Made by a program: the position numbers and the translations under genes. Positions 1 through 8,480 of a DNA stretch of 24,000 nt are shown in pieces (positions within the stretch are counted from its first letter, which is position 1; each line of letters opens with the position of its first letter). Origin of the DNA: Thalassotalea maritima (GTDB lineage Bacteria; Pseudomonadota; Gammaproteobacteria; Enterobacterales; Alteromonadaceae); NCBI RefSeq assembly GCF_041379765.1, contig NZ_CP166919.1, forward strand, positions 1,799,305 through 1,823,304, in the 5' to 3' direction. The notes under the pieces are model-generated. The model saw only the letters and a program-made list of their open reading frames with translations. It was not told the DNA's origin and searched no databases.

Positions 1-255
1 CAGTGCGTAGACAGGCTGTTCAGAGAATGTGCTCATCGGTACGGCTTTATCTTTAACGGCAATGTTGGCATTAAGCAAATATTGGCGAGCATTATCAATG
101 CTGACCGACTCGACAAAAAATACCGCCTGTTGATCAGCAATAACAAGCTCAACGGGTCCTATATCGGTTTGTAACCAATAGGTAAGTTGTAATGCCCCGT
201 TAACGTCTCGGGCTTGGCGAGTGAGTACAAAACCTTTTTCGATGCGTGACTGCAT
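1..255 (-). CDS. polB: DNA polymerase II (family B), N-terminal 85 codons; the gene runs off the window start
   Basis: Not in the ORF track because no stop lies in the window. The reverse complement from ATG at 253-255 reads MQSRIEKGFVLTRQARDVNGALQLTYWLQTDIGPVELVIADQQAVFFVE...FSEQPVYAL. From memory this aligns with the E. coli Pol II N-terminus (GFILTRHWRD...FWLATDNGP...RQPVYGL). Confidence 0.8.
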   Translation of the reverse strand, partial: MQSRIEKGFVLTRQARDVNGALQLTYWLQTDIGPVELVIADQQAVFFVESVSIDNARQYLLNANIAVKDKAVPMSTFSEQPVYAL

Positions 256-279
256 TTTGGCTCGAATTAAAATAAAAAC

Positions 280-295
280 CTGTTAATATATACAG
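280..295. promoter_or_regulatory. LexA (SOS) box CTGT-N8-ACAG shared by divergent polB and dinG
   Basis: CTGTTAATATATACAG is a perfect CTGT-N8-ACAG core with an AT-only spacer. It lies in the 94-bp gap between polB ATG (255) and dinG ATG (350). Both genes are SOS (din) genes in E. coli. Confidence 0.7.
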
Positions 296-349
296 CACAT
301 GGTAACGGTTTATGGCGATAAAAAAAAGCGCCGCGGAAATTGAAGTTGT

Positions 350-2443
350 ATGTTAGGTGAAAAAACCAAGGAAACCATTCGCAGCGCCTATAAAAATATT
401 GGCAAAAGTCTGGAAAATTTTAGTCCTCGTAAAGAGCAGGCATACCTGATTGCTGAAATTGCAAAAACGTTGGCCGGTGAATACAGTAAAGATACCCGTC
501 ACATCGTCATTGAAGCCGGCACGGGGACAGGTAAATCGTTAGCATACTGCCTGGGTACCATACCGCTTGCGTTGAAACGCAAAAAAAAGGTCATCATCTC
601 CAGTGCAACCGTTGCTCTTCAAGAGCAGCTGGTTGATAAAGACTTGCCTTTCATTTTGAAACACGCAGGTATCAGCTTTAACTATTGCTTGGTTAAAGGA
701 CGTCAACGTTATGTCTGTAGACAAAAACTGGCACTCGCCAATCATGGCAATGCTGATGACGAGGACATAAGCCAAACCGTCATGTTTGAGCAAAAGCCCA
801 ATAAACAAGACATCAACCTATTAAGGCGTTTAGACAAAGCCCTTAATGAGGGTAAGTGGCAAGGCGACCGCGATACCTGGCCAACGCCTATTCCAAATCA
901 TATTTGGCAACATATTCAGTGTGATAAACACAGTTGCTTGCGCCACTTACCAGAGCACAGTCATTGTCCGTTTCATAAAGCTCGTGAACTTATGGATGTT
1001 GCCGATGTATTAGTGGTCAATCACAGTTTGTTATTAGCCGACCTTGAATTAGGTGGGGGAAAAATTCTGACTGATCCTGAAGACAGCATCTACGTGATAG
1101 ATGAGGCACATCATTTACCTGATATAACCCGGGATCATGCGTCAGCCATGGCAACCGTGAAAGGCGCCATTGAGTGGCTCCAGCGTGTCGCCGTCACCAG
1201 CGATAAAATCAATAAACTATGTAGCTCGGATCGTAGCATATCACCGAGCATCAAACTGGCGGACTTTTCGGATGAGATGATCGCTGATTTACGAAAAGTA
1301 AATGAATTTTTTGACGCCAACCAAAACCTATTTTTTGCCCAAGACAGTCAATACCGCTTTGAAAATGGCGTCATTCCCGATGAGCTAAGACATATTGCTG
1401 ATGATATTCAAACCGTAGCGCATAAAGCACTGGCTGAAATAAACAAACTCTATAATTTGTTGCTTGAGGAAGTCAAAGACGGCAATGTGCAAATGCACAA
1501 AGCCGAGCCGTTACTCGGTGAAGCGGGTTTTGAAATTCAGCGCTTAGAAAACTTAGAGAAAATTTGGCAAATGTACGCCAAGCAAGACTCAGATAAAGGG
1601 GCGCCGTTAGCACGCTGGATTGAGAAAACCAGCGGTAAGCGCGATGACTATTTAGTCAGTGCTTCCCCCATTGACGTCGGGTTTATGTTACAAGATGCCT
1701 TATGGAATAAATGCGATGGTGCAGTGTTATGCTCAGCAACGATTTGCGCGCTGAACTCCTTTGAACATTTTCGCCGTCAAGCTGGCCTTGGCATCAACGA
1801 TGGTACCCAATACAAGAAGTTAAATTCACCGTTTAATTATCAAGAAAATGCCGTATTGTTTATCCCTAAAATGCAATATGAGCCAACCGCTAGCGATGCA
1901 TTCACCCAAGAGCTGATCAGTAAACTGCCTAAACTGCTGCGTGAAAAACAAGGCAACCTAGTACTATTTTCATCTTACTGGCAAATGCAGCAGGTTGTCG
2001 ACGCGCTGAGAAAAAAGAAAAAGTATCAAGATATTTTGGTCCAAGGTGAAGAATCACGACAGCAAATCATTGATACCCATAAGGCCCGCTGTAATAAAGG
2101 CGAAACAAGTATTGTTTTTGGCAGTCAAAGTTTCAGTGAAGGGTTGGACTTACCGGGTAAATACTTAACCAACTTGATCATTACAAAATTGCCATTTGCC
2201 GTACCAACCTCGCCCGTTGAACAGGCTCAAGCGGAATACATAAAACTCAAAGGTGGTAACCCGTTTATGCAAATTGCTGTACCTGATGCATCAAAAAAAT
2301 TGGTGCAGTCTTGTGGGCGCTTACTGCGTAATGAAAAAGATACCGGTATGATCACCATTTTAGATCGACGCTTAGTGACCAAGCGTTATGGCAAAGAATT
2401 GATTAACTCACTGCCCCCTTACCGCTTAAATATTGAGGCGTGA
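350..2443 (+). CDS. dinG: ATP-dependent DNA helicase DinG (XPD-like superfamily 2, Fe-S cluster)
   Basis: 697 aa. Walker A is AGTGTGKS and the DEAH box is VIDEAHHL. Four Cys (RYVCRQ, IQCDKHSC, HSHCPF) fit the DinG Fe-S site. The C-terminal QSFSEGLDLPG and GRLLR motifs are colinear with E. coli DinG. Confidence 0.9.
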   Translation: MLGEKTKETIRSAYKNIGKSLENFSPRKEQAYLIAEIAKTLAGEYSKDTRHIVIEAGTGTGKSLAYCLGTIPLALKRKKKVIISSATVALQEQLVDKDLPFILKHAGISFNYCLVKGRQRYVCRQKLALANHGNADDEDISQTVMFEQKPNKQDINLLRRLDKALNEGKWQGDRDTWPTPIPNHIWQHIQCDKHSCLRHLPEHSHCPFHKARELMDVADVLVVNHSLLLADLELGGGKILTDPEDSIYVIDEAHHLPDITRDHASAMATVKGAIEWLQRVAVTSDKINKLCSSDRSISPSIKLADFSDEMIADLRKVNEFFDANQNLFFAQDSQYRFENGVIPDELRHIADDIQTVAHKALAEINKLYNLLLEEVKDGNVQMHKAEPLLGEAGFEIQRLENLEKIWQMYAKQDSDKGAPLARWIEKTSGKRDDYLVSASPIDVGFMLQDALWNKCDGAVLCSATICALNSFEHFRRQAGLGINDGTQYKKLNSPFNYQENAVLFIPKMQYEPTASDAFTQELISKLPKLLREKQGNLVLFSSYWQMQQVVDALRKKKKYQDILVQGEESRQQIIDTHKARCNKGETSIVFGSQSFSEGLDLPGKYLTNLIITKLPFAVPTSPVEQAQAEYIKLKGGNPFMQIAVPDASKKLVQSCGRLLRNEKDTGMITILDRRLVTKRYGKELINSLPPYRLNIEA

Positions 2444-2512
2444 GTTTACCTCGAACGCTTACCGATACATATCTGATTTATCATAATAAAAACACGTAGT
2501 GCTGTCTGTACG

Positions 2513-2540
2513 AGCTCATGTTTGCTGACAAGCATGAGCT
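2513..2540. terminator. Hairpin between convergent dinG and the TSUP gene (possible bidirectional terminator)
   Basis: AGCTCATG-N12-CATGAGCT forms an 8-bp perfect stem. There is no clean T-run, so this is weak. Confidence 0.3.
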
Positions 2541-2560
2541 AGCGTAGACGCAAATACCAG

Positions 2561-3361
2561 CTATAGGACGTGGCTCACCATTTTCGCGCTGATTAGCATA
2601 ACAAAAACAGCAAAGACTTTGCGTAGCGTATTTATCGGTAAACTGTGTGCCAATTTCACGCCCACCGGTGCGGTGAGATAACTGGTAAACGATAATACGA
2701 TCACAGCGGGCCAATAGACAAAGCCCCAATGATTATCAAGGTTAATCGTCACCGGCCAGCCATTAACGATATAGCCTAAAGTACCAGCTAAGGCGATAGG
2801 AAATCCGCAGGCCGCTGAAGTACCAATCGCTTGCTTGATATCAACATTACGATTAGCAAGATATGGTACGGTTAACGTCCCCCCCCCAATGGAAACAAGT
2901 GACGAAATAGCACCAATGCCCGCTCCAGCAGAAAACAATGAGCGCCTAGAGCCCAGTTGTTTTGACTCAACAACGGGTTTATTGATAAATAAATTAATGG
3001 CAACGTACGCCATAAACAGAGCGAAAAATACCGCTAAATATATCGGCTTGCTGTAAGCGGCGATATAGGTGGCAAAGAACGCACCTAATAAAATCCCCGG
3101 CACCATTGATTTCACGACCGGCCAGAGTACACCTTGTCGTCTATGATGTGCTTTCAAACTTGATATTGACGTCACTATGATACATGCCATCGACGTACCA
3201 AGCGCTAAATGAACAATGTGCTCGCTACTCACGCCCATCATAACAAAAATGCTGGTCAGCATCGGTACCATAATGGCACCGCCGCCAATGCCAAGTAATC
3301 CAGCAAGCACACCCGTAACCGAGCCGAGTAATAACAGTAAAACGACAATTTCTAACGTCAC
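2561..3361 (-). CDS. TSUP (TauE/SafE, YfcA-like) family membrane transporter
   Basis: 266 aa and highly hydrophobic, with about 8 TM segments. It carries the two repeated G-rich motifs (LGIGGGAIMVP and SIGGGTLTVP) typical of TSUP/DUF81 proteins. Confidence 0.75.
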   Translation of the reverse strand: MTLEIVVLLLLLGSVTGVLAGLLGIGGGAIMVPMLTSIFVMMGVSSEHIVHLALGTSMACIIVTSISSLKAHHRRQGVLWPVVKSMVPGILLGAFFATYIAAYSKPIYLAVFFALFMAYVAINLFINKPVVESKQLGSRRSLFSAGAGIGAISSLVSIGGGTLTVPYLANRNVDIKQAIGTSAACGFPIALAGTLGYIVNGWPVTINLDNHWGFVYWPAVIVLSFTSYLTAPVGVKLAHSLPINTLRKVFAVFVMLISAKMVSHVL

Positions 3362-3436
3362 AGGTGGATATCCTTATCGTTGCAAATGTGCTGACAATAC
3401 GTTGAGCTATATAAACCCTGATTGGATTAGCCGATA

Positions 3437-4108
3437 TTACTCAATACCAATGTATTTGTGAACTTGAATCGACAAACGCCAGTTATTGGCAATGCACGTA
3501 TCAATGGCAAGTTTCGTCGCTCGCTCTTTTTGACTGATTGGTTGAAGATAAACTTGAGTATTTTCTACGTTATGCTCTTTTATCAACGCTTTTAAATCAT
3601 TAACGTGTTGCTCTGTTGCTACTGGATGCTTAATTTCATTGGCGCGTTGCATCGCGCTTGCAAGCACCTCATAGCCTCCACGCATATTCACTTTGGGAGA
3701 TACCGTTACCCAACATGCGTCGGTTGTGTTAATTTCAAAGGTCCCCGATGTTTCAATTTGTGTCGAGTAACCTTGGCGCTCAAATAAAGTGCACAACGGT
3801 GTTAAGTCATACATCGCTGGCTCGCCACCGGTAATAACAATATGACGTGCATGATAACCTTGATCTTGTACGGTCTGGAGAATATCCTCGCTCGTCATTG
3901 CCACCCACTCTTCCGTCTCTGATGATTTATTAAGCACCGTTTGAGCAGAGACTTGTTTGTCAAGATCAATTTCCCAGGTATGCTTAGTATCACACCAACT
4001 ACACCCTACGGGGCAGCCTTGTAAGCGAATAAAAATAGACGGCTGCCCAGTAAACGAGCCTTCACCCTGAATGGTTTCAAATAATTCATTGATTTTATAA
4101 ACAGTCAT
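3437..4108 (-). CDS. queE: 7-carboxy-7-deazaguanine synthase QueE (radical SAM)
   Basis: 223 aa. The motifs FIRLQGCPVGCSWCDTKHTW, VITGGEP, WVTVSPK and RLSIQVHKY are near-colinear with E. coli QueE (YgcF). Confidence 0.92.
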   Translation of the reverse strand: MTVYKINELFETIQGEGSFTGQPSIFIRLQGCPVGCSWCDTKHTWEIDLDKQVSAQTVLNKSSETEEWVAMTSEDILQTVQDQGYHARHIVITGGEPAMYDLTPLCTLFERQGYSTQIETSGTFEINTTDACWVTVSPKVNMRGGYEVLASAMQRANEIKHPVATEQHVNDLKALIKEHNVENTQVYLQPISQKERATKLAIDTCIANNWRLSIQVHKYIGIE

Positions 4109-4251
4109 AATATGTTTTTCAAAAATGGGACATTTCGAGTAAAATTATGCTTTTAGCAGAACTTTTTTGCAGATGTCGGTCAGTATACCTTATCTGCGAC
4201 TAAGTTGATTAACTATTTCATCAAAATGCTTACTAAGCAAAAGGCGTAATT

Positions 4252-4920
4252 ATGTCAGACACTCCTTCAAACAACGTAGTGGTCATTTATTCAGGCGGGA
4301 TGGACTCGTTTACCGTTCTTAACAGGGCTTTAGAAGACGGTAAAAATGTCTACGCACTAACTTTTGATTATGGACAAAAGCACGTTAAAGAAATTGAATA
4401 CGCACGGAATGTCTGTAATGAACTAAACATAGAGCACAAAGTCATTGATATTACTGCGATCAACCAATTGCTTGCCGGATCGTCACTTACCGATAGCATT
4501 GATATCCCGGAAGGTCATTACGAAGAAGAGTCGATGAAATCGACTGTAGTACCCAATCGCAATATGATCCTATTGTCGCTTGCAGTTGGCTATGCCGTTT
4601 CCGTTGGTGCATCACAAGTATACTACGGCGCCCATTCAGGTGATCATGCGATATACCCAGATTGTCGACCTGAGTTCGTTGAAAAAATGAATGACGTGTG
4701 CCAAATAGCCAATTACGAGCCAGTAACAATCCATAGTCCATACCTGCTCCAATCAAAAATTGAGATTTTAACGGACGGTCTGCGCATGGGCTTAGATTAT
4801 AGTAAAACGTGGACGTGTTATAACGGTCGTGAAAAAGCCTGTGGTAAGTGTGGGGCGTGTCAAGAGCGTCTCGAGGCGTTCAGCGAAAATAATCAAACCG
4901 ATCCGCTCGCTTACGAATAG
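4252..4920 (+). CDS. queC: 7-cyano-7-deazaguanine (preQ0) synthase QueC
   Basis: 222 aa. It has the N-terminal PP-loop [10 protein letters not shown] and a C-terminal Zn-binding Cys cluster (CYNG...CGKCGAC). Confidence 0.92.
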   Translation: MSDTPSNNVVVIYSGGMDSFTVLNRALEDGKNVYALTFDYGQKHVKEIEYARNVCNELNIEHKVIDITAINQLLAGSSLTDSIDIPEGHYEEESMKSTVVPNRNMILLSLAVGYAVSVGASQVYYGAHSGDHAIYPDCRPEFVEKMNDVCQIANYEPVTIHSPYLLQSKIEILTDGLRMGLDYSKTWTCYNGREKACGKCGACQERLEAFSENNQTDPLAYE

Positions 4921-4946
4921 TCATTAGCTGGCATTGTTAGACCCAT

Positions 4947-4981
4947 AGACACAGTGCCCGCGAAAAGCGATAACTGTGTCT
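4947..4981 (+). terminator. Hairpin downstream of queC
   Basis: AGACACAG-N19-CTGTGTCT forms an 8-bp stem, followed by GGTTGGATTTT. The loop is long, so confidence is moderate to low. Confidence 0.35.
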
Positions 4982-5079
4982 GGTTGGATTTTAACCCTCT
5001 CCTCAATAATCCTCTATGAGACGATATGGTTTTTACGTATTGGGCAATGCTAATGCAATGGACTCAGTGATATCTGCCG

Positions 5080-5517
5080 TTAATGACCAACGGTATCTTT
5101 ACCTTCACCACCAAAGTGAGTTGCTAAGTAACCAATAATAAAACCGATAATCGCCCCTTCCAGCGTCAACCAAAACGGTGAAGAAAACAAACCGGCTTCA
5201 TCAAACACCGCTAACAGTAGGGCTTGCATCGTATCATAAGCAAAAAACACTAAGACAAAATTCATCCACGCGCCAATTAACGGTGCCCTAAACCACCATG
5301 GCATAGGCAGTTTTAAAATAGGATGATAGGTAAATACACCAAACACGCCAATGATAGCGCCTACCGTCGTATACCAAAACAACAGCCCCCATCGCAACAA
5401 TTCATTTGCATCGGGTAAGAAATACGGTAAACAAAAAAAGCCGACTAAACCAAACAAAAATCCGAGAAACTTACCTATGGCAATGCGTGTCATTAATGAT
5501 GGCGTAGTAAACATCAT
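5080..5517 (-). CDS. Hypothetical integral membrane protein (about 4 TM)
   Basis: 145 aa ORF with an AGGAG Shine-Dalgarno 6 nt upstream of ATGATG. The sequence is strongly hydrophobic. I do not recognise the family. Confidence 0.6.
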   Translation of the reverse strand: MMFTTPSLMTRIAIGKFLGFLFGLVGFFCLPYFLPDANELLRWGLLFWYTTVGAIIGVFGVFTYHPILKLPMPWWFRAPLIGAWMNFVLVFFAYDTMQALLLAVFDEAGLFSSPFWLTLEGAIIGFIIGYLATHFGGEGKDTVGH

Positions 5518-5628
5518 TTAAGTCTCCTATTGGCTTGTCACGTTAACGAGTAAGTCCATTGATATACAACATAAATACACAGTATGTGTTAAGCATAAGA
5601 GGAAAATACGTTATCGCCAATGATGGCC

Positions 5629-6018
5629 TTATAAAATCATTGCACCATGCATCGCAAAACCCCCTATTGCGACAAAGAACAGCCACTGAAATAACTTAAG
5701 CAACGGTTTTTCTAATCCGGATCTCAAGGCGATGATGATCTGCCAAAGTGCAAACGCTAAGTAATTACTCGCAATGAACGTTGCCAGAACTTTACCGCTT
5801 GCCACGGAAATAACTCCGAATCCAGCGAGTAGCAATACAAGTGTTGACAATAACAGAAAAACCGATACGTAATGAAACACGCAATGCATCACATGCTTAG
5901 CAACGGTTGGCACATTCGCCGTTAACATTGGCGTTAAAAACTGTTTTTTCCCCACAGTAAAATGGCCAACAACCGTAAATAACGCTAACATCCCAGATAA
6001 TACAAACCATAGATTCAT
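5629..6018 (-). CDS. Hypothetical integral membrane protein (about 4 TM), 129 aa from the internal start
   Basis: The track ORF extends to 6108, but that extension overlaps the upstream ABM gene and is not hydrophobic. The ATG at 6016-6018 (MNLWFVLSG...) has GGAGAA 6 nt upstream. Confidence 0.6.
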   Translation of the reverse strand: MNLWFVLSGMLALFTVVGHFTVGKKQFLTPMLTANVPTVAKHVMHCVFHYVSVFLLLSTLVLLLAGFGVISVASGKVLATFIASNYLAFALWQIIIALRSGLEKPLLKLFQWLFFVAIGGFAMHGAMIL

Positions 6019-6067
6019 CAGATCTTCTCCAATTGAGTCAAGATAGATGGGTAATGCCCAACGATAT

Positions 6068-6379
6068 TTAGCGTAAATTCCAGTCCTTGGCAGGAACCGT
6101 GTAGACACGCTTTATTTCTACAACCTCTACACGGTAGGAGTCATACCACCGGTCTTGGCCATTGTGTTGTGCTAACCAATGTTGGGGATCATTCTTCCAA
6201 TGTTTTATTGATTGTTCATTCGGCCAATAAGAAATGGCTATTTCTTTCATACCATCACTTAATGCAACAAAATCTAAGCAACCATATTTTGTCATCGCCA
6301 GATCCCGCATTATCGCCACAGTTGAATGATATTCATCATCCAAAACGGCCGTTGTCGCAGTAAAAATAACCGCATACAT
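6068..6379 (-). CDS. Antibiotic-biosynthesis-monooxygenase (ABM) domain protein
   Basis: 103 aa with a ferredoxin-like ABM pattern (MYAVIFTAT...YGCLDF...ISYWPNEQSIKHWKNDPQH). An AAGGGG SD lies 8 nt upstream. Confidence 0.65.
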   Translation of the reverse strand: MYAVIFTATTAVLDDEYHSTVAIMRDLAMTKYGCLDFVALSDGMKEIAISYWPNEQSIKHWKNDPQHWLAQHNGQDRWYDSYRVEVVEIKRVYTVPAKDWNLR

Positions 6380-6451
6380 CGTTGCTACCCCTTTTCGATA
6401 ATAACAGCTATGCCACCAAGTAAGATTTTAAAGATATATTGTTTTTCGACA

Positions 6452-6616
6452 TCATTTGTTTTTTTTAAACACACCTAGCCAAAACGCCAATTCAAACACC
6501 CCACCAACAACAGTAAATATCAACATGCCCTTTCGACTACCAACAAGGTAAAAAGCAAGCGCAACAACGAATAAAACGACCAAAATAAGCCAACGGGTAA
6601 CATTACTCATCATCAT
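6452..6616 (-). CDS. Possible small membrane protein (about 52-54 aa), below the ORF-track length cutoff
   Basis: The reverse strand reads ATGATGATG AGT AAT... = MMMSNVTRWLILVVLFVVALAFYLVGSRKGMLIFTVVGGVFELAFWLGVFKKNK*. It has two hydrophobic helices, and AGGAA lies just upstream of the ATG triplet run. Confidence 0.35.
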   Translation of the reverse strand: MMMSNVTRWLILVVLFVVALAFYLVGSRKGMLIFTVVGGVFELAFWLGVFKKNK

Positions 6617-6699
6617 ATTCCTATAAGTATAGATTTACTTCTCTGCTACTGGGACTCAGGTTATCAATAACACAGCGCTAACGTCGCTCATTCATCATG

Positions 6700-6900
6700 G
6701 TTGGTGATGCAGTGAACTACCCATCGACGCCACTACGTGTCGATCAATGGGCTTCAACAGTCTAGCTTTTAAAGCTAGGCTGCTTCATTTTTCTCAGTTC
6801 CAACAGCAAACTCCGATAGCTCGAAGACTTTCACTTTACTAGCTGATTTCTGCTGAGACGTGGGTCTTACCCTAGCGACGATTCCAGCCGCAATTAAGTC
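6700..6900 (-). ncRNA. Predicted omegaRNA (reRNA) of TnpB; extent inferred, not demonstrated
   Basis: By analogy with characterised TnpB systems, the guide RNA overlaps the tnpB 3' end and the RE. This region contains the stop-codon-spanning palindrome CTAGCTTTTAAAGCTAG (6762-6778) and the RE hairpin (6720-6751). Confidence 0.35.
6720..6751. repeat. Subterminal hairpin, tnpB-proximal end (RE relative to tnpB)
   Basis: CCCATCGACGCCACTACGTGTCGATCAATGGG. The stem is ATCGACGC/GTGTCGAT (one G.T wobble) with a 6-nt loop. It matches 8449-8480 at 30 of 32 positions. Confidence 0.75.
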
Positions 6901-8001
6901 AGTTTCACCTGTTTTGGCTATGCTTTTAGCCGCTGATAGGTCACGGCTTTGGTGGGTTCCGCAAGTCACACAGGTGAAATATCTTTCGCCCAATGTTAAA
7001 ACATGGTGCTGACCGCATTCCGCGCAAATCCCAGTGGATTTCTCGAATCGACCTATTTCGTGATACAACTTGCCTTCTAACTCTGCTTTATATTTCGTAA
7101 GCTGAGTTATCAAGCCCATCACATTGTCGGCCACCATGTAACCATTGAACTTCTGCATCGCCTTAACGTTTAAATCTTCAAAACACGCAATATCATTTTC
7201 ATTGATTATCTGTCGTGATACTTTGTGCGCAAAGTCGAGTCTTTGACTTGCGATTTTACCGTGTAATTTATTGATGCGTTGCTTGGTTTTGTGCCAGCGA
7301 TTTGAGCCTTTAATCCGGCGTGCAAGCTGACGTTGTAGTTGATTTTGCTTATCTATCGATTGCTTTAAAAACTTCGGGTTGTCGGCCACATATCCGTTCG
7401 AACCGACAACTGTTTGTTTCGAGTTGATATCAAAACCCGTGATGGTCTTTAAAACTCGCAGCGCTGTTTTGCACTCAACTTCCTGAGTGATGCTACATTC
7501 CCATTTACCGTGGCGGTATTGAACTGTGACAGTTTTAATTTTGCTCGCTAGTTCACGATGCAAAACGATTGGCACCTTGCCAACTTTAGGGATGCTGATT
7601 GTGCCATCCTCAATGCGGATGCAGTTTGAATTGTTGACAGCACGAAACGAGTCATTGTGAAGTTTTTTCTTTTTGTAAGATATTTTATGCTTTGGAAATC
7701 GTTGCAAACGCTTCTTTGAAAATGCGCTCTTTAATGCCACCTCCAAGTCACGTGCAACTTGTTGTCCTGCCGCGGAGTCAAACGCTTTAATCCAAGAAAA
7801 CTCTTCGAATGGCTTTAACTCTTTGAGTAATGAGGCCATGTCTTTATAAAATAGAAAGGTTTTGTCGTACTCATATCGGCGGATATTCTCAGATAACAGC
7901 AAGTTCCAAATCCCACGTGCTGTCGCGCCAAACTCAACGAGTTTAACTTCCTGCTCCAGCGTAGGGTTAAGCCTATAGTTGTATCTAAGCGTCTTTTTCA
8001 T
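6775..8001 (-). CDS. tnpB: TnpB (IS605 OrfB) RNA-guided endonuclease-type protein, apparently intact
   Basis: 408 aa. Candidate RuvC triad is D191 (ITGFDINS), E275 (ACFEDLNV) and D354 (HQSRDLSAA). The zinc ribbon is CAECG-N14-CVTCG. The N-terminus RYNYRLNPTLEQ is typical of OrfB_IS605. Confidence 0.9.
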   Translation of the reverse strand: MKKTLRYNYRLNPTLEQEVKLVEFGATARGIWNLLLSENIRRYEYDKTFLFYKDMASLLKELKPFEEFSWIKAFDSAAGQQVARDLEVALKSAFSKKRLQRFPKHKISYKKKKLHNDSFRAVNNSNCIRIEDGTISIPKVGKVPIVLHRELASKIKTVTVQYRHGKWECSITQEVECKTALRVLKTITGFDINSKQTVVGSNGYVADNPKFLKQSIDKQNQLQRQLARRIKGSNRWHKTKQRINKLHGKIASQRLDFAHKVSRQIINENDIACFEDLNVKAMQKFNGYMVADNVMGLITQLTKYKAELEGKLYHEIGRFEKSTGICAECGQHHVLTLGERYFTCVTCGTHQSRDLSAAKSIAKTGETDLIAAGIVARVRPTSQQKSASKVKVFELSEFAVGTEKNEAA

Positions 8002-8039
8002 ATACTGTATAAGATACTGTGTATGGCGAGGTTGTCAAG

Positions 8040-8434
8040 ATGGAATATGAAACAAAGTCACACTGTAAATATCTAATAGCGTTACATTTAATCTTAGTTG
8101 TGAAGTATAGAAAAAAATTACTGCAAGGTGATTTAGGTGAATTTGTAAAACAAAAATATCTGAACTTGAAGCGCGTTCAGAGTTTAATATTGAAGAGTTC
8201 GAGGTGGACAAAGATCATATACACATATTGTTGACGATATCGCCCACCATCTGCGTTGCGAGTTACGTTCGCAGGATCAAACAATCGACGACGCAAAGCC
8301 TATGGTCGAAATTTAAGTGGTTAAAAAAGCAATTCTGGATTGAAAAAACATTTTGGTCTGACGGGTATTTTGTTTGCTCTGTTGGTAATGCATCTGCTGA
8401 TACAATTAGAAAATACATTCAAGAGCAAGGTTAG
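8040..8434 (+). pseudogene. tnpA: IS200-type Y1 (HUH) transposase TnpA, interrupted by a single frameshift in an A-run
   Basis: ATG at 8040 has GAGG 8 nt upstream. Frame 1 gives MEYETKSHCKYLIALHLILVVKYRKKLLQGDLGEFVKQK. Frame 2, open from 8141, continues ISELEARSEFNIEEFEVDKDHIHILLTISP...SDGYFVCSVG...QEQG*. The HUH motif (HIH) and the catalytic Tyr are both in the second frame. The shift maps to GTAAAACAAAAATAT at 8145-8159. Confidence 0.8.
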
Positions 8435-8448
8435 CCATTCCGATTCAT

Positions 8449-8480
8449 CCCATCGACGCCGCTACGCGTCGATCAATGGG
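8449..8480. repeat. Subterminal hairpin, tnpA-proximal end (LE relative to tnpB)
   Basis: CCCATCGACGCCGCTACGCGTCGATCAATGGG. It has a perfect 8-bp stem ATCGACGC/GCGTCGAT with a 6-nt loop, and the outer CCC/GGG can extend the stem. Confidence 0.75.

Noticed and set aside
4109-4251. A preQ1 riboswitch in the queE/queC divergent intergenic region.
   Set aside because: I found no small hairpin followed by an A-rich tail resembling the preQ1-I or preQ1-II consensus. There is only a weak GCAGAT-N17-ATCTGC inverted repeat.
8145-8159. Programmed -1 ribosomal frameshifting in tnpA at the A-run.
   Set aside because: The site (C AAA AAT) is not a canonical X XXY YYZ heptamer. No downstream stimulatory structure is obvious. 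Programmed frameshifting is not an established feature of IS200/IS605 tnpA. An indel or a sequencing error is more parsimonious.
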